Shown: one piece after another, positions 12,336 through 28,548 of the stretch | Numbering within the stretch: position 1 is the first letter of the stretch | How the letters are laid out: each line of letters begins with the position of its first letter | Source: the human T2T-CHM13v2.0 reference genome, Homo sapiens | NCBI RefSeq assembly: GCF_009914755.1 | Contig: NC_060942.1 | DNA: 64,000 bases | Reading direction: 5' to 3' (one strand) | Translations under genes and position numbers: made by a program | The notes under the pieces: generated by a model | Told to the model about the DNA's origin: nothing | Seen by the model: only the letters and a program-made list of their open reading frames with translations | Database searches by the model: none

Positions 12336-12489
12336 TAGTTTTATGAAGGTACGGCCTGATGTCTGCTATTTCGGTAGGCTAATGCTCCTTTTCTGAACTC
12401 TTCATCTGACTGTAATCTTGTGTGACAACCATGCGCTAAACTACTTTCAGTGATAAAGTACTTTTTATGTTAAGTTTTCTGCACTACTC

Positions 12490-12790
12490 TTAATCCTCTC
12501 TGGAACATTCTACCTATCCCTCTTACCCTAGTGTCTTTACTAATTTCTATGCAATGATTTTTCCTGAAACCCTTACCTGATACCCAAATTTGGGTTAGGT
12601 TGTCTTTTTCTCTGTTTTCAAAACTTTTACTTTCCAATGTCTTAATTTCATTATCTTTTACCTCTTTACATCTCCAACTTGACAGTGCACTTTATGAGGA
12701 TCTAAATTCTGTATATTCTTAACATTGGAGCTTTTCTGCCTAATTCATTGTTTGGCTTATACTAAGAATGTGAAAATCATTCTAAAATTA
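12490..12790 (+). mobile_element. L2 3' fragment
   Basis: Degenerate L2 3' end (CTCCAACTTGACAGTGCACTTTATGAGG...). Confidence 0.4.
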
Positions 12791-12914
12791 TGATATTACA
12801 TAGCTCTGCACAAATAAATCCAAGCAGTTGTAATGCTTAACTCTATTTATAGAATAATCTATTTTTCTAGAAAACAGTAGTCTCTTTACATGTCATAATC
12901 AATTTTGCTTTCAG

Positions 12915-13215
12915 TGCCTGGTTCTGGCCTGCTATGTAAAATCTTCTCCACAAGTGTTTGAATTCATCAATGAATGGACAAATGTCATTGGTCAGCATGA
13001 GGCACAGCTTACCAGTTCAGATTCCAGTAGCTGAGGAACAAATCTTAACTCCAAAAATAAGTAATTGCGTCACTTTGGAGGAATTATTTGACCTTTTCAT
13101 AACTTTGACATCACAACAATGAGGGTGAAGTTAGTAAAATAAATGATTATTATGAGGATAAAATGAGAAAATGAATTAAGTGCTTAAGACAATGCTTGGT
13201 AACTAGTTAATATTC
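12915..13215 (+). ncRNA. LINC01194: Candidate alternative terminal exon of TAG/CT49 (LINC01194), 3' half MIR-derived
   Basis: Acceptors TTTTGCTTTCAG|T (12914/12915) and CAGTTCAG|A (13020/13021). The second gives (AG)A TTC CAG TAG = R-F-Q-stop, as I recall for another TAG isoform. AATAAA at 13138-13143. Confidence 0.5.
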
Positions 13216-13225
13216 ATTAATCATG
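13030..13225 (+). mobile_element. MIR relic
   Basis: TATTATGAGGATAAAATGAGAAAATGAATTAAGTGCTTAAGACAATGCTTGGTAACTAGTTAA resembles the MIR 3' consensus. Confidence 0.65.
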
Positions 13226-14488
13226 AAATATTATTAAATGAATTTAATGTTTATATACAACAGTAAGACTAATGGAAGAAGATATCAAGCAACATTTAAT
13301 AACAGGAAAAATGTTTTTAATTCATGCATAGAAAATGCCTTTTTATTATTTGTGAATTATCTGCTAAGTTTGTATAATACTTGATTGACCCATCCCTACA
13401 CAGTTTAAATATCTCATTAATACACAAAATAATTTTATTAAGATTAAAATATACAGTTTTAAAAATATGTAACTTGCTATTACTTTCATTCTAAATATGT
13501 CAAATAAGAAAAAAGTTTTCTCAAGATTTGTGAGAGGATGTCTGTGATGGAATTTATTATTATTATTATTTTTAGGAAGGAAAGGTGTGATTTGAAAATT
13601 TCAACAAGTTAAGAAAATCTATGGCAATTTGAAGAAAATCAACTCAATATTTTAATTTAATGAGTGCAAAATAGTTTTGAATAAGCCCAATTGGCAAAGA
13701 CATATTTTACCAATTAGTACATGTATTACAGGTAGAAATGACTATTCAGCGTAGTTTTGAAGGTGGCCTGAAGCAAATGTTGAGACCACAGTTGAATAGA
13801 GAGCAATTGTGGTGTATAGTTGGAATGCTTACATAATTGAGCTTGATTATAATCATCCCTCTAATCACATTTTAAACTTTTCCTAATGAATAGATGAGGA
13901 TATTAGAAAAATAAAGAATGAAAAAGCAGTCTATTTAAAAATATTTTTAAAATTATTTATAGCCCTCACATTAATGCTTTCTAGTTTAATATTGTGACTC
14001 CTTTCCACTCTTAATTCAGGCATCTATTAATATTTTACATTGAGAAATTAATTCATTACAAATAATATTTTGCAGCTGCCTTGTCTAACTCTACCAATTC
14101 AAGTGCAATACACTTGCTTTTAGAAGGGATCATGTTATAGAAGTATAAAGAATATGGAAGTAGAGAGTCTAAGAATTAAATACCATCTGCTAAACCTTCT
14201 AGGGGCAAGATGCTCGGTGAATTTGTTATTATTTATGAACTGATTATTGTAACAATCTGAATTTCCTTTACATGAAATTGAGGTATTGCTATTATTGTGT
14301 GTGATAAGACTTGAATGGTTAAACACATGTAAAAATTCTAGTACATAGAAATGTTTGTTATCTTTGAATTTTTCTTCTGACACAAAACGCTAAAGAATAA
14401 ATAATCAATCATAGAGGATGAAGTTACATGGGGTAGACCATATGGTGTGGCCCTAAAACCCTTTGATTAGACCTCTGAAGGATAAGGG

Positions 14489-14788
14489 CAGTGGTCCCCA
14501 ACCTTTCTGGCACTGGGGACCAGTTTCATGGAAGACAATTTTTCCACAGAATGGTGGGAGTGGTAGTTGGGATGAAACTGTTGCATCTCAGAGCATCAGG
14601 CATTAGTTAGATTTCATAAGGAGTATGCAACCTAGATCTCTTAAATCTAATGCCACCACTGATCTGCCAGGAGATGGAGCTCAGGTGGTAATGATCACTG
14701 GCCTGCCACTCACCTCCTGCTGTGCAGACCCATTCCTAACAGGCTGCAGACTGGTACCAGTCTGTGGCCCAGGGGTTGGGGACCCTTG
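14489..14788 (+). mobile_element. MER1B hAT-Charlie DNA transposon (MITE)
   Basis: TIRs CAGTGGTCCCCAACC / GGTTGGGGACCCTTG, MER1 internal sequence, degenerate 8-bp TSD GATAAGGG/ATTTAGGG. Confidence 0.9.
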
Positions 14789-14919
14789 ATTTAGGGTGTT
14801 GCCTAATAAACTTACACAAACATGTTTTCAAATTCTGAAGAGTCTTCTAAAAGCCTGAAGCTTGGCTTTTCTCTTTCCTCCATCCTTGCAATTTTAGATG
14901 TTTATACCCTTTTTTTTTC

Positions 14920-16457
<1,538 letters not shown>

Positions 16458-16554
16458 TTGCTTTTGTATCTAGTAGTTCTTATATGTTTGATATTTTTCT
16501 CCCATTCTTTTACTTTTAACTATCTGTCTTTGAATTTGTATGTCTCCTTTATTT

Positions 16555-17440
<886 letters not shown>

Positions 17441-17444
17441 TTTA

Positions 17445-19880
17445 GTCTGACAAACTCTATCTATTGATTATTTAGTCTATTAACATTTATTGTAATTATT
17501 GATATTGTTGGTTTTTATAGCTGCCATTTTCCTTTTTGTTTTCTACATGTTTCACATCTATTTTCTTGATCTGTGTTCCTTTAGTGCTATTTCTTTGTTA
17601 ATGTATTTTAGTGAACTATTTGAATTTATTTGTGGACTTTTTAACGGCATAATATTTAGTTATTTAGTGGTTGATTATGGAATTATTATATACTTTTTAA
17701 TTTATGCCAATCTACTTTGGGTTAATATTGACTTAATTCCAGCAAAATATAGCGGCTCTGTCCCATTATAACTTCACTTCCACTCACTTCTTTACATTGT
17801 TATCTTCATACATATTCTCTCTCTCTCACCTATAATAAAACTTAAAATGTTTTATTGTAATTATACAGTGCAATTTTAATTTTTGAATAAATTAGAGGAA
17901 AATATAGCATATGTTTCTTAACATTTATATTTACTAAAATAATTATTATTTCTGCCGCTCTTTATTTCTTTGATGGATTTGAGCTAGTCTCAGGAGCTAT
18001 TTTATATATTTTGCATAAAATAACACTTTGATTTTGTCCTTCCATAGGGTGGTACCCTAGCAATGAGTTATTGTTTTTGTTTATCTGTAAATGCCTTATC
18101 TCACTTTCATTTTTGATGAGCATAGTATTCTTGGTTGATGTGTTTATTTGTTTTTATCTTTTCCTTTCAGGATTTTCAACATGATATTCCACTGTCTACG
18201 ACCTACAATGTTTCTAAAGAGAAGAAAGTGGTTAATTGCACCGCTTCCATGTTCTCATAATTCTATTTTTCCCCTTTTCTGTTTTCAAAATTTGTCTTTG
18301 TTTTTGGATGTCAGAAGCTCATGATGTGTCTAGGTGTAGTTCTTTTACTATATTCTATTTTTTTTCACCTCTTTGGATCTAAGTATTAAAGTTTCTCATC
18401 AAATCTGAGAAGCTTTTAGTTGTTATTTCTTAAATACAGTTATTATTCCTTTTTATCTTTCCTTCCATCTGATGCTTTATTTACATGTATCTGGGAATTC
18501 TTTATATTGTCCTATAGGTCTCTCATGCTCTGTTCATTTTTCTTCAATTTTTCCTGTTATTTAAATTAGATAAGTTTTATTATACTACGTGTAAGTTCGC
18601 TGTTCTTCCTTCTGCTATTTTAACTCTCTTATAGACAACAGATTTAATTTTAGAATTTTTTAAAAATTATAGTTTCATAATTTTTAGTTCTAGAATGTTC
18701 ATGTGATTCTTTTAAAAATTTATATTTCTCTATGGATATTTCCTATTTATTGAAATATTTTATTCAAATGTTTCTTACATCTTTAATTATAATGTTATTT
18801 AATTCCTTGGGTATGCTAATAACTATTTTGTAGGGTTTTTTTGCTGCTAAATTCAATATCTGGTCCTATTTAGAGTGAACTTATATACACTTACTTTTTA
18901 TTGAATATGAGCCACTCTTTTGTACATATTTACATATCCCCTAATTTTTATTAGAATTTGTGAATCATAGAATATGTAGTTAGTAACTCCAGATTCTAAT
19001 GTTGCCCCATGTTGCTTTTTACTTTATTTATTTTTCATGTTTTGCCTGAATTAAAACTTTGGGATTTGTCCTTCCATGATGTGTAGCTACTGATTTCTTT
19101 GCCCTTTTCTGTTACTGTTTTTAAAATTTGTTTTTCATTTTTATCCCAGCTTCCTAGGGATGTCTCTATCTCTATATATCTTACTGAGCAGTCAGTGATT
19201 AGAAATGAGTCTCTGCTCCATCAGCTCAAGTCTGTAAAGCTTCCACCCTCTGTCAATTAATCTGTCAGTAGGGTGAGAAGGGCATTAAGTGTACAGCCAG
19301 TTTTCCAAGCTGGCTCGGCTGTAACTGTCTGGCTTTGTTTCTCCTCTATGCAGATGCATGCTTCACCAGTTGGCCAGACATATGTAGAGAGCTTATCTAA
19401 CTAAAATCTCTAATTTTTATAATCTTTCAATATGTTTCTGGGTTGTGTGCTATTTAAGTCAACCAGGACCTCAAACTCAGGCTAGAGTTGCAAGTGTTTA
19501 CTATAGTTTGCTACAATTTAATTTGTTGTTTTTTGTTTGTTTATTTGTTTGTTTGTTTTACTTTTCCTACCAATTATGTTAAGGAAAATTTTTACCTTTG
19601 TTTTAAGTTAGCTTAGCCACCCATCTCTGTCCAAAAACTTGCTCATATCCATGGCCATCTCCACTTGGAAAAACTACCTTTCCTGTCTACTTAACTAGAA
19701 ATTAGGTGGATGGAAGCAGGCCTAAGCAAGAAGGCTAAACATACCCGCAGTACTTAACCAAAGATTCAGACAGTTTTCATGCATAAATGCTTCTCAACTT
19801 GTTTTTGTCTAGAGTATTAAAATAAATTTTTTTGCCAATTTTTTACTAGCTCTGGGGAAGATGATTTGTAGATGTCTTTA
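17445..19880 (-). mobile_element. Old L1M (L1MC/ME-type) ORF1/5' region
   Basis: Degenerate reverse L1 ORF1 (ATGATGTGTCTAGGTGTAG, TTCTCATCAAATCTGAGAAG, TTTTAGTTCTAGAAT). Confidence 0.65.
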
Positions 19881-20313
19881 CATCCTCAGAGATGAATCCT
19901 CTTATTGTTTTTGCAAACATTTACTTATTATTTTTGTGCACCATATACCAGTATCATAGGGATATATCCCTATGACCATGTATTGCTCTTTCACAAGTTG
20001 CTATTTTAAAATAATCTCAGAAATATAAGATAGAGTGATTTACTTGGAATAAGTAGATTTTACATGGCAATGAAAACATCTGGATATCACTACTCCTTGA
20101 ACAGAGTTAACATTTGTATTTTTAAGAGAGAAAATATATCAAATATATAAAATAAATTATGATTAAAATTTTTACTCTTCCACAGATTTTTCAAGATGAT
20201 ATTAATAAGCATTCTTCATGTTGATAGCTTATAAATAAATAAATACTCAGAGTGATAAAACTAAATTTTCTAGGACCTAAAAATAATTAAATGAGCCATT
20301 ATGAGTTTCCATG

Positions 20314-20620
20314 ATTTTTCTTTTCTTTCTTTGTTTTTTAAGATGGAGTTTCGCTTTTTCACCCAGGCTGGAATGAAATTGTGCAATCTCGGCTCACTGC
20401 AACCTTCGTCCCACTGGGTTCAGTGATTCTCCTGCCTCAGCCTCCCGAGTAGCTGTGATTATAGGTGCACGCCACCAAGCCTGGCTAATTTTTGTATTTT
20501 CAATAGTGACAGAGCTTCGCCATGTTGGCCAGGCTGGTTTCAAACTCCTGACCTCAGGTGATCCACCCGCCCCAGCCTCCCAAAGTACTAGGATTACAGG
20601 TGCGAGCCACTGTGCCCGGC
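20314..20620 (-). mobile_element. AluS (Sq/Sp-like)
   Basis: Reverse Alu from GATGGAGTTTCGC to CCACTGTGCCCGGC. Confidence 0.95.
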
Positions 20621-23600
20621 TGCGTTGCCCTGATTTCTAAGTTCCCTTTCATATATGTTCTTCATGGAAATGTTACTAAAATTAGATTTATAAGCAGTAC
20701 ATTAACAAAATATTAGCATATGATAGAGTTCTCTCATAATGTAAATTTTTGTTTTACCTTTATTGTTTAATTGATGTTAGCTTTGGTTATTTATTGAAGT
20801 AGTTCTTTAAATCAAGAAACGTTTGAAATTTGAATCAAAACAAATTAATTTCAGGTTGAAGTTAATATCTGTAGCAAAGCGCTATTCCTTATGTCTGTGT
20901 GTACAGCAATTTGTCACTAATAAATCTATTTTTATATTTTCAGAATTAGTTAACACATTCATGTTTTGATACAATATTATATATACCTTTTTATAATTAG
21001 ATAAGTTTAATAAATATGCCTGTTCATATCATGAAGAATGAAGATATACACTATTCAATATACTTTATGTAAGTCTTATTGATATGTGTGCCCAAACCTG
21101 ATTCATACCACATATACCATGTCTGACTCTAGGGTGAATAGAATTACTTAAGTGCCACTTTAAAAGCAAGAAAAATCTGGTAACCGTCATGTGAATCGAG
21201 TCACCATTCAATTGTATGGAAACTTTAGCATTTATGTTGTTGAGTAGAACTATCTAAATTGTGGCCTGGCAACTCCTGAAAAACAGATTTCAGAGGGACA
21301 AAAATGTGTTTCTTTATATACAAAGATATCTAAACTGTTTTGCTATAGTATCAGTAAAAAATAAAAAAAAATCCAATAAAGTATGCCAGAAGTTACTTTG
21401 TGTGTCAAATAATTTGTGAAATATTTTGTCAATTGTTACAATTGAAACTTCCCTGGCATTAGGAATGGTGAAGGAAGGATTCTTTGCTTGTTTTGTATAA
21501 ATTCATACTGCGATGATTAGAAAAAGAATGTGTAATGAGAAGAACACTGCTTCTAGCTTTTAATTTTTAAATGAGGTTTACACCTAGAACTTCATTATAC
21601 ATTTTAAATATAGCACTACGATTGCTTGAATTCATAACTATTCAGAATTCCAACTAATGAAAAATGATTTTACATTAGTTTTGAATTAAGGATATATCAG
21701 TTATCTCAAAACATCCTACACAGTTTGTGTCTGTTATGTAAATAAAAAAAAGTATAAAACATACTGAGATTTTTCTACTCAACCTTTATAAAGAATTTGA
21801 GAAAATAAAAACTCTTTTTAGTCAATTATCTTACTGATGAAGTCTTGGATATAAATTAGTACCTACCAATTAAATGTACTTACAGAGATTTGAAAAGTGG
21901 AATTGAGGTGGGGTGGTGATCAGTCTGGGACTGCTGGTAGTTATAACGGTCTAGCAAGCTCATGAATTTCTTCTAGCAGTTTCTAATGCTCATTCTGTAT
22001 GAAGTTCCTGTCTTGGATTTGATGAAACAGTGGCTGTAGAGGCAGCCTGTTCATACGGGTCATGAAGCTGAGGATTCTGTCTTTAGGTGAACATTCTTCA
22101 GCCTATTAGTGTTCAGAGGCTGCAATGGCAAAGTCTGAAAGATAGCTCCATGTATTTCTAAGAATAATTCTAAGATGCCTGACTTAAAACATGCTTTTCT
22201 AACATTGTACAATTTTTATGAACTCCATGCTTCCTATATTCAATTTATTTTTGGACAGAGTCACCTAGCACAATTTTTTGTTTCCTCTATTGAATTCAGA
22301 TTTACAATATCTATTTGTGAGTTATTGATTTAGCTATTTATTAATAAAAATGCAAATGTAAAAATAAACTATTTTTAGAGTTAGCCACTTAAAGATAATA
22401 TTGATATAAAAAACATTATTTTTTTCTCTAACGAAACAGCTTCAATTAAACTTTTATGTAAGGATGTTTTAGTAGCCATTATTTCCTAGTGAAAATGTTT
22501 CATATTGCCAACATAGGCACCTTTATATAATTACTATCAGGAAGAACTCTTTACAATTGAAAAACTGCAGAAAGATAAAGTTTTGAATTGCACTTACAAT
22601 GCCTTCAGAGAAGAATACAACAAATTTATGTTGACCATGTACTGCTACTACTAATATCATGATGCTGAGGAAAAATTATTTTATAATCCTAATTCTGAAT
22701 GTCAAGTAATTTAATATTGATTTATTTGTTACTTCATAATTATACATTATTCATTTTTAAATAAGTATAGAGTATTGATAATATATTGACTTTGAAAATT
22801 ATATTTAGGAAGGATATGAGCTATAAAAGAAAAAATATGGAATATTTTATTTTCTTTAGCTTTATTATTTTGAAATGTGAAATTTTGTTTTCGAGTATCA
22901 TTCTGTGCTCAAGTCTACACACTTTTAAGTGAATTCAAGTTTTACTCTCTGTTCACATAGCAGGCATCCTAGAAATAACTGTTTAAGGGCATTTAATTCT
23001 TCTCAGTGCTCTCCTTAACAGGAATACAAAAAGGATATTCAGAAGATTGCTAAAATGTAGTATTTTATATTTCTCAATATACACCTTAGTGCCCAGTAGC
23101 ATTATTATTATAATTATTATTATATTTTGGATGACTTCCAGGATTTTTTTCATCTTCCATCTCAAAAAATGTAATACTAGAATTCTAGGTTTGAATTTCT
23201 TTACGAATTACATCTACTGTTTGATTTCTGTAGGCCTTTCCAAATTCCATACCAATGAAAAATGCTAGAAGATTATTCTATAAGTCTCCTTCTACTTTTT
23301 CAAGTCAATATATACCAATAAAATTGGACATTAGAATGTACATATTAAAGAAAGGGCACAAAGCATGGCCATGTGAAATAGGGGGTATAATTAGTGATTG
23401 AAATATATCTTAGATTTTCTTTACATCAGTAAGGTGACTATGCCTGGTATCTCTAATACTCTAATGTCAAATTGCTTTAAAAAATACAACTTCCTGTTAG
23501 AAAGTTAATTGGCATATTGTGTTTTCTTACAAATCCTTAATACTAGACAAGTGAGTAATATATTTGTAAAATTTCTGGCAGTGTATTTAGGTTAACCAAT

Positions 23601-24199
23601 TATATTTACCTTTAATGTTAAGCCAAATTAAATAAAATTCTAGTATTTCACAATTGCTGGCTTATAATGTAGTATTCCTATTGTTAATTATGTGAAGTAC
23701 AACGTTTAACACTTTACAACCCTAGCCTATTTTTATTTCATTGGTCTTTACGTTTATATAGGTATGGGCAGATGTATGGATGCATATAACAGATATTTTC
23801 TGTACTAGCTGAAATATGAGGGCAGAATTTTGATTATATTTACAATAATGTATAGTTTATCATAGTGTCATTCCATAAATAAATGATGAATGAATAAATA
23901 ATACATATTTGCATCTCCTATATGCAAGATTTCATACTAAATCCTGTGGATTTGACATTAGCAAAATAGAGAATCCCTGATGCCACAAAAGTTGAAACAA
24001 CTAAGAGTAGAGACCATATTAAATTAATAATCTTCAATTTGTAACATTCTAATAAATTGGAAAGTATAAAATAATGTTTAACAATCATGATTCTGGGAAA
24101 GTAGAATAAAGTAGACAAGTATACCCTTCTGCCTAAATTAATAAACAAACCAAAATCCTAAGATTATTTAATCAATATACTGAACAGGCAGTGACTGAG

Positions 24200-25945
24200 A
24201 ATCATTCCTGGGATGAGAAACAAGTTGAGTCCTATTATTAACCAAGCATATAGCCTTGAGAGTTTCTAGAGTAGGAGAGGATGTGAAACTGCCAGGGTTG
24301 AGGAGAGTAAGGCTGAAAGATTGAGGATGAAAATTTCCTAGGGTTCACAGAACGAATACTAGAAAGGAGAGAGCTGTGTAAAAAGAAAAATCCCAAGAGC
24401 TGTGTAGAATCCTCCAGAAGTATTCAGCAGAGGACTGATTGGTGTATTCATGTGGAAAATGCCTCATATGAGGGAAGAAGTACGCAGTCTCACACAGGGC
24501 ATGGGATAGAACCTGCTCCCACCAACCAGACAAGACTATCTCAGAATTTATAGGACATTGGATATAGTACTCAAAGGGCATTCCTTCAGTAGTGGGGAGT
24601 AGTTAGCCCGAACCTGAATGCCGCACTAGTCCAACTTAAAATATCTTGTAAGCAAGATTTAAAAGGATCGAACTTGTTCTAATGACTTAGTTGCATCCCA
24701 GGAAAGAGCACAAACAAAGCTATTCAATATCAAAAAAATCAAAATTCACAATGTCTAGCATCTAATCGAGGATTATCAGGCATAAAAATATCAGCAAAAT
24801 ACAATTTATTATGAGTTAAAAAATTAACCAAAATTAAACCACAGCCTACACAGATGTTCAATTAACCAGAATAGGACATGAAAACCCTTATCATAGTAGT
24901 ATTTCTAATGTTTGAAAAGAAAACTATTGTATGCAATATATAAAACAGAGTCATAATAAAATTCTACAAAGGAAAGATAAAATATTTGTGATTAATGATA
25001 CAATGTTGGAATTAATGGCAGAATCAATATCGTAGACAGAAAAGATAAGTGAACTTTTAGGCATTGCAATGAAAAAAATATAAAGAGAAAATATAACTTA
25101 AGAATATTATTTAACTGTAAGAAATCTTGAGGAAGCATATATGTAAATAGAGTCCATGAAGAAAAGACTAGAGGAGTAGTGGCAGAGAAATATTTTCAGA
25201 AATAATGGTCAAATGTCTTTCTAATTTGATGAAAGTTATAACCACAGAGAGTCAAGAAGTTTAACACTTCCCATGCACAATAAGCATGAAGAAAATTAAA
25301 CTGAGTGGTATCATATTAAGTTGCTCTACTAAGGAGAAAATCTTTAAAGTGACCAGAGAGGAAAGACATGTTTTTTACAGAAAAAAAAGATGAGAATGTC
25401 TGTAGATTCTTCATTGGAAAGAATTCAAGAGAGTGGAGGAATATTTTTTAAGATAAAGAAAAAAATTACTAAACTAGAATTTTATATCCAAAAGAAAACA
25501 ACAATTATGTAAAAAACTTGCAAACACACAAAAAATCCTGTCAGCTGGGAATTTCATATCCAACAAAAAAATCATTCAAATTTGAAGGGGCAATAAAAAA
25601 TTACACAATTGAAAGAATTCATCTCCAACAGACCACATTATAAGAAATGTTATAGGCCGTCCTTCTGGCAGAATGAAAAAACATGATAAAAAGATGAATT
25701 TACATAGCATTGGAAAAAGTAACAGGGTTAAAGACAAAATATTTCCTTCCTACCTAAATACTTTAAAATAATACATGGCTGTGTAAACACAATAATAACA
25801 ATGTATTGTCAGGTCTATAACATATGTATAAGTAAATTATATGACCATCATGGCATAAATTATAAGAGGAAAGATATAAAAGTAAATATTTTTAAATTCT
25901 TATGCTATATGTGAAATGTTGTAATGTCACTTGAAGGTAGACTAT
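24200..25945 (+). mobile_element. Old L1M (L1MD/MC-type) 5'UTR-ORF1 fragment
   Basis: L1M 5' end-like sequence followed by A-rich ORF1 remnants (CTAGAATTTTATATCCA, GAAAGAATTCATCTCCAACAGACC). Confidence 0.7.
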
Positions 25946-27448
25946 TTACTGGTTGTCCATGTCCCCAAGAAATATGTGGCATAAACACTGCAAAGTATGT
26001 GACAAATGCTTTCTTTCCTCCTATCATTGGGGATGATTATTGAACAGAACATAGAATATGAATGTCCAGAAATAAGACTGTGAGACCATCCTCTTAAGTT
26101 AATTGAAATCATTTGAACATCTAATATGTTACATCACTATGATTAATCAAATTTGTTAAAGCATACATCCCTATAACAACAGAATTGAATAATTTAAGAA
26201 TCGTATCATGTTCTTGAGTAGCTCTATAAAGTTTTGGCTGTAGTTGAGATGCATTGGTATCATAGAAAAGCATACTGATAGTTGAAAATTCTGTTTTCAA
26301 TTACACCGATGATATGCCTCAAGCTGTTCTGTAATTGCGTGATTTAAGAATTGTTTTTCACTGATGTGACCAAATTTTTCCAAAGTAATGCTTAATAGAA
26401 AGCTGAAAACTGTTGCAGCCCTGCAATAAGATAGTTTACAAGTAATTATCAGAATGAGCCACCCTTCCAAAGGCAGGAGCAACATTGATTTTTACTTCCT
26501 TTAAGGATTTAACTTTTTGTTTCTTTTAACTTATCTGAAAACCTTCAAAAATGAAATTATGTTGACTGAACATTTCATCATGAACATGTAAGGTAGTGAC
26601 ATATGGGAAAGATGATTCCCTTACTTCTTTCAAAATATATTTGAAAAATAAGGAGCTGAAGATAAATAATTTGTAATAAACTTTGTTAAGATGTCAAACT
26701 TTGTTGGCCTCTTAAACTGTGTCAAGATGCCAACTCTATTTTAGGGTGAAATTGCTTTGTATTATTTTTTAAATTATAGATAAATAGTATATAGACAGAT
26801 CAATGTCAAAATTAAGATCCAGCTATATGCCTCAGCTTTAACCCATTCTTAATGTTTAATTAATTTTATCGCTAGTTCCAAATAAATGATAAAACCAGGA
26901 AACCCACTTCATAGAATCAAAATAAGTTTTTTTCATTGATTGCCTCTAATTTTATTTCATAAATTTACTTCTTATGGTATAATTTTTTTTATGACGAAAG
27001 TGTGTCTAGACATAGATGAGGTGTAAGCTAAGTCTGAAAATCATGATAAAAGAGACTATTTTATTCTAATTATTATGTTTAAGATTACATTTAACATTTT
27101 CTATAAATGACATGAAATATGTTTTTATTTTGTGTTTTACTCAAAGCAGTAATTTATATTCTATGTATCTGTCTGTCTATCATTAGGCAATAAACAAATA
27201 CTAAGGCAATTATCTTTCTGGGGGTCCTTGGTACTGTCTCTTTGAAGAAGGCTCTTCTTTAGGCCAACAAACTTGTATCACACAGACCTATATACCAGGC
27301 ATTAAGTTAGCTATTAGGAATACTGACAATAATTTCAAAGTCATTCATCTAAAGAAATTTGCAGCAAATGTTTTGTGGTAATAATAAAAAAAAACTAACA
27401 CAATTTTTGTCAGTAATCCTTTTCTAATTCACTTATGGGCCAGTGTTG

Positions 27449-27559
27449 GTAGCTCTATGGAAGAAATAGTTGTATAAGTAGTACTTATATAATCTCATCA
27501 TTGTAGCTCTATGGAAGAAATAGTGGTAAGAATAGTACTTATATAGTCTCATAATTGTA
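27449..27559. repeat. Tandem duplication, 54-bp unit x2
   Basis: GTAGCTCTATGGAAGAAATAGT...AGTACTTATATA.TCTCAT.ATT at 27449 and 27503. Confidence 0.9.
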
Positions 27560-27624
27560 ATTAAATGTACAGATGATTTAATTGTAGTAATACACTCTTT
27601 CTTTTGATTTAGTATTTATGAATG

Positions 27625-27810
27625 ACTTTACTATTTCCTAGCTCTGTGAACTTGTTTATTTTACTTACACTTTCTGGTTTCAATTTCCTTTCCTGAGAAA
27701 CAAGGATAACAATAACTTATCACAGAATAGTTATGAAAATAAAATAATGTAAATCAGCTTAGAATAATGCCTGATGCATATATCACTAAATGCCAGATAT
27801 TATTTTTATT
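27625..27810 (+). mobile_element. MIR
   Basis: CTAGCTCTGTGAACTTG...TTTCAATTTCCT...GATAACAATAACTTATCACAGAATAGTTATGA...GCTTAGAATAATGCCTG. Confidence 0.75.
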
Positions 27811-28419
27811 TATCATGAAATACTAAGTAAACTATCACTTTTAATTTTTAAAAAATCAAATGTATAGGAAAATAATAATAGCTATTGAATATTAAAATTG
27901 CATTTATATTTATAAAACAAACAAAAAATGAGCACTGTAAATACTCAAACGCCTCTTTCATAGGTTTGCCCCCATACAAAAGCATTTTCTTCTCCTCATC
28001 AAAATATCCTTCTGAAATTCTATAACACTACATATCATAAAATTTACTTGGTAATTATCTAATAATTTTATTGTCATCATACCTTTTTTTTCTATGTTCT
28101 ATTTTTCCTTTTTATGGCAATTCTGCTTTCCCAACTGGATTTTAAGATATTCGGAAGCAAGTAATAGGTCTTATTCTTTTCTATCCTCCTAATATAAATA
28201 CATTATTAACTACTTAAACATTTCTTGACTTCATTTTTTATAATTTCAAACTGTGAAAAACTGCATGAAAGAGCTGATCTACTATAATGAAAACACAAGA
28301 GTCTCATGGAAGATATTAATCCTTGGATTCTATTTGAAAAACAATGAAAAAATAATGCTGGTTCAACGTATGGTTTATCTCATTTTTTTTTCCACAGTGG
28401 CTTATGACAGAGTTGCTAT

Positions 28420-28548
28420 TTTCCTTAATTTACTTGTGAAGAGCTTGAGGCTCATAGAGGTGAAGTATTTTGCTCAACATTGCATAGCTAGACAGAGTAA
28501 GAGTGCAGGACCAAAAGAAAAAAAAAAGTTTATCTGACTTTAAAGCTT
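28420..28548 (-). mobile_element. MIR
   Basis: TGAGGCTCATAGAGGTGAAGTATTTTGCTCAACATTGCATAGCTAG is the reverse MIR core. Confidence 0.7.

Noticed and set aside
21860-22310. Possible ancient ERVL/MLT2-type LTR (and a similar one at ~31000-31530)
   Set aside because: Too degenerate to assign a family or boundaries by eye.
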